Source: Promethearchaeia archaeon (GTDB lineage Archaea; Asgardarchaeota; Lokiarchaeia; Sigyniarchaeales; SOKP01). From it: a stretch of 64,000 bases of DNA. Under the pieces are notes generated by a model, which was not told where the DNA came from, searched no databases, and saw only the letters and a program-made list of their open reading frames with translations. The position numbers were made by a program, and so were the translations under genes. The DNA is taken from NCBI GenBank assembly GCA_046483985.1, contig JAWOCD010000039.1, positions 45,054 to 109,053 on the forward strand, read 5' to 3'. Positions 59,304 through 64,000 of the stretch are shown here, piece after piece. Positions within the stretch are counted from its first letter, which is position 1, and every line of letters starts with the position of its first letter.

Positions 59304-61211
59304 TTAAATTTTTTTTTCCTCGAAGGGAAATGAGAACACCCAACTTTCTCCGCGAGCATTCCCCTCTACGTTATATCCACAATTTTTTATAATATGAATC
59401 ATAGCTCTGTTTTCCCATAAGATTTCCCCTTGAAATCCCGATAATCCCTTATTTTGCGCTATTTCAATCAGATATTGAAGCATAAACGTGGTAATTCCTT
59501 TGTTTCGCCATCCATCCGCAACAGTAAATGCAAGTTCTCCAAAATTATTTGGTTGCTTTTCATAGGATCCGATTGATACGATTTTTTCTTGACCAGGCGT
59601 CCCAACCACTCCTACAATGACCATTTCCTTTTCAAAATCAATTAATACATCCATTTTCACATCTTCTCGCATGAAATATTTCTTGCTACGGAAAAATCGG
59701 TAAATTCGAGACTTATCATCAAGAGAGTAATAGAGATCTTGAACTAATCGTTCGTCTTTAGCATGAATAGGACGAAAACGTATCTTTTCCCCTTTTGGCG
59801 TGATATAGGTTGTTTTATATTTCTCTGGGTATCGGATGATATTACCCTCCTCATCTGTGGGAAGTTTTTGATCGGAATAGATGTAATTGAGCTTTTTTGC
59901 CTTCTTCAAAAGATTTTTTCGAAATTTAGGATGGGCAATTGAAATTAGTTCCATTACACGTTCCCGGATGTTTTTGCCGTGAAGATTCGCTATGCCGTAT
60001 TCTGTCACGATATAGTCCACATCCCCCATTGTCAGAGAGACGTGAGACCCTTTTTTTAGCGTTGGAACAATCCGTGATATAGATCCATCTTTGGCCGTGG
60101 ATGGTAGACAAATAATGGATTTTCCTCTTTCAGCGTACTTGGCGCCCCGGCAGAAATCAACAAGACCACCAATACTTGAATAAAATCGAGGTCCAATGGA
60201 ATCTGCGTTTATTTGTCCCATCAAATCGATAGAAATTGCTCCATTGACCGCAGTCATTTTATAATTCTTAGCAATATTAATTGGGTTATTGGTATAGTCA
60301 GCTGGATGAAATTCTACTAAGAGGTTATCGTTCACGAAATCAAATAATTTTTTTGTCCCTAACCCGTAGTTGGCTATAATACGATTAGGGTGAAATTCCT
60401 TTTTCTCGCATGTGATTACCCCTTCCTCCACCAAATCAACTAACCCATCAAATATTGTGTCGCTATGAATGCCCAGATCTTTATGACAATCTAATTCGGA
60501 TAACACTGCCATAGGAGCCTTTCCCATCCCTATTTGAAGCGTTGAGCCATTATCTATTAATCCAGCTACATTTTTTGCAATTTTTTTATGGACATCGTTA
60601 ATCGGTGGGGCGTGGTATTCCAAGAGTGGCTCATCGTTATATACGAAATAATCGATTTTTTTCATATGAATAAAACTATTGCCTAATACTCTTGGCACTT
60701 GGGGATTTACTTCTGCAATCACTAATTCTGCTGACTCTGCAATTGGTTTTGCAACATCAACATTTACGCCAAAAGAACAAAAATTGTTTTTATCGGGGGG
60801 TGAAACTTGAATGATTGCGACATCAATATTTTTTTGTCCAGTGCGGAAATATTCGGGAATCTCCGATAAAAACATGGGCGTATAATCAGCTTGCCCAGAA
60901 TTAACGGCTTCTCGAATGGATTCTCCTCCGATAAAAAACGCATTATGCCGAAAGAGATCCTCTGGTTTATTGGATAAGTTTAAATCGCCTTTTCTCGCAA
61001 TAGAAAGAAAATGATGTATCTCAATATCTTTCAATCGTTTTGACTGATTAATTAATTCATTCATGAGCAGCTGGGGTTCCATGCAACCAGAGTGAATGAA
61101 AATTTTCTGACCCGGATTTATCAATTTTATAGATTCCTCTGCAGTTATCTCATTTTTCCCAAAAAGGTTCCACCATTTTGCGAGTTCGGCCCATTTGTTT
61201 TTTTTGCTCAT
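59304..61211 (-). CDS. Acetyl-CoA hydrolase/CoA-transferase fused to a C-terminal GNAT domain
   Basis: QVSPPD, LQIGMG, LGIHS, GG.VDF.RGA, VTEYG, IAHPKFR; GNAT WRNKGI. Confidence 0.92.
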   Translation of the reverse strand: MSKKNKWAELAKWWNLFGKNEITAEESIKLINPGQKIFIHSGCMEPQLLMNELINQSKRLKDIEIHHFLSIARKGDLNLSNKPEDLFRHNAFFIGGESIREAVNSGQADYTPMFLSEIPEYFRTGQKNIDVAIIQVSPPDKNNFCSFGVNVDVAKPIAESAELVIAEVNPQVPRVLGNSFIHMKKIDYFVYNDEPLLEYHAPPINDVHKKIAKNVAGLIDNGSTLQIGMGKAPMAVLSELDCHKDLGIHSDTIFDGLVDLVEEGVITCEKKEFHPNRIIANYGLGTKKLFDFVNDNLLVEFHPADYTNNPINIAKNYKMTAVNGAISIDLMGQINADSIGPRFYSSIGGLVDFCRGAKYAERGKSIICLPSTAKDGSISRIVPTLKKGSHVSLTMGDVDYIVTEYGIANLHGKNIRERVMELISIAHPKFRKNLLKKAKKLNYIYSDQKLPTDEEGNIIRYPEKYKTTYITPKGEKIRFRPIHAKDERLVQDLYYSLDDKSRIYRFFRSKKYFMREDVKMDVLIDFEKEMVIVGVVGTPGQEKIVSIGSYEKQPNNFGELAFTVADGWRNKGITTFMLQYLIEIAQNKGLSGFQGEILWENRAMIHIIKNCGYNVEGNARGESWVFSFPFEEKKI

Positions 61212-61424
61212 CTTTCATCAGATTAAATAACTTATATCTAAATTGATTTACCTTTTACGCTGAATATATAATAAACTAGGTTAAAGTTTTTTATTATATT
61301 TCATATTTAGATTGGAAAATAAAATCTAGCGGAAATCTTTCTTTAATCTGGAACTATCAAATTATTCTAAAATAAGGAAAAATAAATTAAAATTTGAATA
61401 GAAAAAAACTTAGAAGATTACATT

Positions 61425-62366
61425 CTAAGACATTTCTAATATATTTCTGTTTAAAACTAACTTTTCTAATCGAGCTTGCCGTATCAATCGAAAGTAATGT
61501 GCTTCTTGTCGTAGACCTTCTCTCTTTAACATGTCATAGAGAATTTCTGCATCTAATAAAAGTACTTCATATTTTGAAGGCTGAAGTATGAGTTCGGGAA
61601 AGTTTTCTTCGTTTAGATCTTCTGGAAACTGCACATCCATTTCTCTGAATCCCATTTTTCGATTTTTCTTAAACTTCTTATGAGCATGAATATACATCAT
61701 CTTTGATGTAAACTTATCCATGGAATCGACATATCTTCTCGGAGCAATATGTTTTTTATAGAACTTATTTACATGTCTGTAGGGCTTTTTATCAGGATGA
61801 GACAAATAACTGTCTCGTTTTCTAATAAGGTCTCCTGTCGTAAACAAAATTGCCCGTGGAGAATGTGAATTGTTATTTCCATTTTCGGGATCTTCATAAA
61901 CCCGACTTGCCATTTCAAAATACTTCATCGTCTGTGTAATTTCGGGATCTCCTACGAGGTTATACCGATGATAAGCCTTCAATTCAATAAAGATTTGAAA
62001 GTCATCTTTATTTGCTAAGACGTCTGGTGTGTATCGGTCTAATTGTGGTTCAAATTCGATGGTGAACCCGAGTTTTCGGAATAAATGTCTAACTATCCTT
62101 TGTAGACATTCTTCCCGCTGGACTTGAGCCGTATTCATATCTTGTCCCCCATAAGCTTGAATGTCAAACTCAGAGGATCGACATTTTCGGGTCTTATAAC
62201 GGGTGGCAATATGCTCCCCATCAAAAAATAGCCGAACGGCTTTCTCTCCATTTATTCTTCCATGTTGATAATAGATGCGCGTATTTCTATAAGCTTTCTG
62301 ATACTTGTCGATAAATTTACATTTTTTCGACGTTGGCTCGAAATTTGCTGTTACTTGTTGTTGCAT
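61425..62366 (-). CDS. PD-(D/E)xK nuclease-fold protein
   Basis: EE....VRHLFRKLGF, PDVLA, FIELKAY. Confidence 0.7.
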   Translation of the reverse strand: MQQQVTANFEPTSKKCKFIDKYQKAYRNTRIYYQHGRINGEKAVRLFFDGEHIATRYKTRKCRSSEFDIQAYGGQDMNTAQVQREECLQRIVRHLFRKLGFTIEFEPQLDRYTPDVLANKDDFQIFIELKAYHRYNLVGDPEITQTMKYFEMASRVYEDPENGNNNSHSPRAILFTTGDLIRKRDSYLSHPDKKPYRHVNKFYKKHIAPRRYVDSMDKFTSKMMYIHAHKKFKKNRKMGFREMDVQFPEDLNEENFPELILQPSKYEVLLLDAEILYDMLKREGLRQEAHYFRLIRQARLEKLVLNRNILEMS

Positions 62367-62470
62367 GAAACACCACTTGTATCTTATCTTAAATAATTGT
62401 TATTCATTTTTAAGTCTTGAATTAAATTATACATAAATATTTTCATAATTTACTTTATAAAATAAATAAA

Positions 62471-63094
62471 TTACATAGTTTTAAGGATTTCCTCAGTGCG
62501 AGTTTGAATATATTCTTGTTTATATTCTTTTTGTTCATATTTTTTTTGTGCTCTCGCTTTCCAGCGATTCTCCCATGCTGGAAACCCTTTTTTAACAAAC
62601 TTTTCTCGGTGTGGAAAATCTTCAGCAACCCAATTAAAGAGAATATAAAACCGTTCTTTCCCGGCTGCTTTATTTAGCTTGTTGGATTTGACTCCTAAAG
62701 ATCTCAAATGTGAGATAAAGCGTCCTTCAATGGCGTCTTGTAACTTTCCTTCGATTATTGCGGGTAAGTAGTTTATATCTTCTTGATCCAACCATTCTCG
62801 GACGAGGTCAAAACAACTTCCTCGACACAGAAGGACTCGATCCCGCTGTTTGTTAAAATTAAGGCTTTTAAGCCCGTCTTTGACCGTTTTTAAAATTGCT
62901 TTTTTTGGTCTTTCCATATTTCTATTACGTTTTGTATACAATCCTACGGATATTCCTCTAAAAATTATCTGTCCAGTCGGGACATCGTGAAGCGCAATAA
63001 AGGCATCACCTATTATATCCCCCGTGCCAGAATCATCGATTTCTATCGTACGTCCGTTCCATTGTTTAACGTCTTCTGTTGATAAACATTGCAT
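62471..63094 (-). CDS. Hypothetical protein with RNase H-like first motif
   Basis: IEIDDSGTGDIIG resembles RNase HII IDEAGRGPVIG. Confidence 0.6.
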   Translation of the reverse strand: MQCLSTEDVKQWNGRTIEIDDSGTGDIIGDAFIALHDVPTGQIIFRGISVGLYTKRNRNMERPKKAILKTVKDGLKSLNFNKQRDRVLLCRGSCFDLVREWLDQEDINYLPAIIEGKLQDAIEGRFISHLRSLGVKSNKLNKAAGKERFYILFNWVAEDFPHREKFVKKGFPAWENRWKARAQKKYEQKEYKQEYIQTRTEEILKTM

Positions 63095-63394
63095 TCGTAT
63101 TCAGTTCGTGTTTTCATTTATTACTTTTTATACATCTTAAGTTGTTGTCTTAAGGTATCATATTAAATGTATAAATTAAAGGCTATAAACTTTTGCATTT
63201 TTCCATAGATTTTTTGAGTATGTTGTGCTTTATTAAGATATATTTGAGTTCTTGAATACTTGATAAAAGACAATTATGAAAGAAGTATATCCGAATATCT
63301 TTTCAATTACCGAGAAAGGCTCTTTGGGTGTCATTAAACCTTCCGAAAATGATTTCTTGGTTTTTTTCCGGTAGAGGCTGTAAGCCCTAAAATT

Positions 63395-63408
63395 GGGGGG
63401 GGGGGGGG
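63395..63408. repeat. G14 homopolymer
   Basis: 14 consecutive G in an AT-rich non-coding region. Confidence 0.85.
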
Positions 63409-63489
63409 AGGGTCATTATACCTTTGAATATAGTGATGGGAGATAAAATTGTATGCATAATTTCCTTTCGTTCTATGACCCTCATCAAA

Positions 63490-63521
63490 TATCAGAAGCG
63501 TAACTTATCAGAAGCATAACT
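63490..63521. repeat. 16-bp tandem duplication
   Basis: TATCAGAAGCGTAACT followed by TATCAGAAGCATAACT. Confidence 0.8.
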
Positions 63522-64000
63522 CTTGCGACATCGTGACTCCCCAGTTTTATGTTGTTTTTGATGACTTGAGGGGTAGAAATAAGAATTTTGATTATTTAAT
63601 TTTTAATAAATGAATATATTTTTGGTTTTTTCTTTTTACCTGAAATTTAAAAATCACTGATTTAGAGCCGACAATATTTCTGGCTATACCAATTCTTTTA
63701 ATGTCGGAAGAGATAGTGTAATTTTTTTTGAAGGAAAATCATCTTTTTTGTCCATTTTCGGTGAGAAAATTGCGGGTCTTGATCATTCTTGAACACTCTT
63801 TTTTTCCGACAAATCTCAAGGTGATATAGATAAGAATTTTGTCGTCCTTAGTTGATAGATTTTTAATTTTCGATTCATTATTTAAATTCTAAAATACACT
63901 CATATATGAGAATTCTTTATAAAAAAGAAAAATATAATGATTGTTTGCTCAAAAACCCCATATCGCGGGCTTTTATCTTTAATTAAAAGATAAAAATCCT

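Noticed and set aside
1327-61591. Numerous 60-160 aa ORFs nested in or antisense to larger genes
   Set aside because: Shadow frames of well-supported CDSs with no independent motifs.
1-64000. CRISPR array, rRNA, prophage or replication origin
   Set aside because: No regularly spaced repeats, no long GC-rich RNA gene, and no phage or cdc6 genes recognised.

Overview
AT-rich archaeal chromosomal segment, most likely from an Asgard archaeon of the Lokiarchaeia/Promethearchaeota. This is inferred from rps8e, srp19, a proteasome beta subunit, an archaeal histone, intron-containing tRNAs, an MglA-like GTPase and many bacterial-type metabolic genes. It holds about 50 intact CDSs: gltX, a pstS/pstC-pstA fusion/pstB/phoU cluster, eda-kdgK, gpmI, hypA, hydrolases and transporters. 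There are two tRNA genes with 29-nt BHB-type introns: tRNA-Arg(GCG) at the non-canonical 45/46 position and tRNA-Pro(GGG) at 37/38. It also holds three IS200/IS605 (tnpB) relics, an IS481-like relic and several short gene remnants. No CRISPR array or rRNA was seen. Main leads: (1) two membrane-anchored paralogs of an uncharacterised ~540-aa family near a beta-helix protein, a GPH transporter and KDG-catabolism genes, a possible uronate-glycan utilisation system; (2) an adaptin/coatomer-appendage-like protein near proteasome, JAMM and histone genes; (3) a GH13 with reciprocally swapped catalytic Asp/Glu; (4) a zinc-ribbon membrane gene split at an A_AAA_AAG -1 slippery site; (5) a pelota/eRF1 paralog lacking domain 1. 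All family assignments come from motif recognition by eye; no searches were run.
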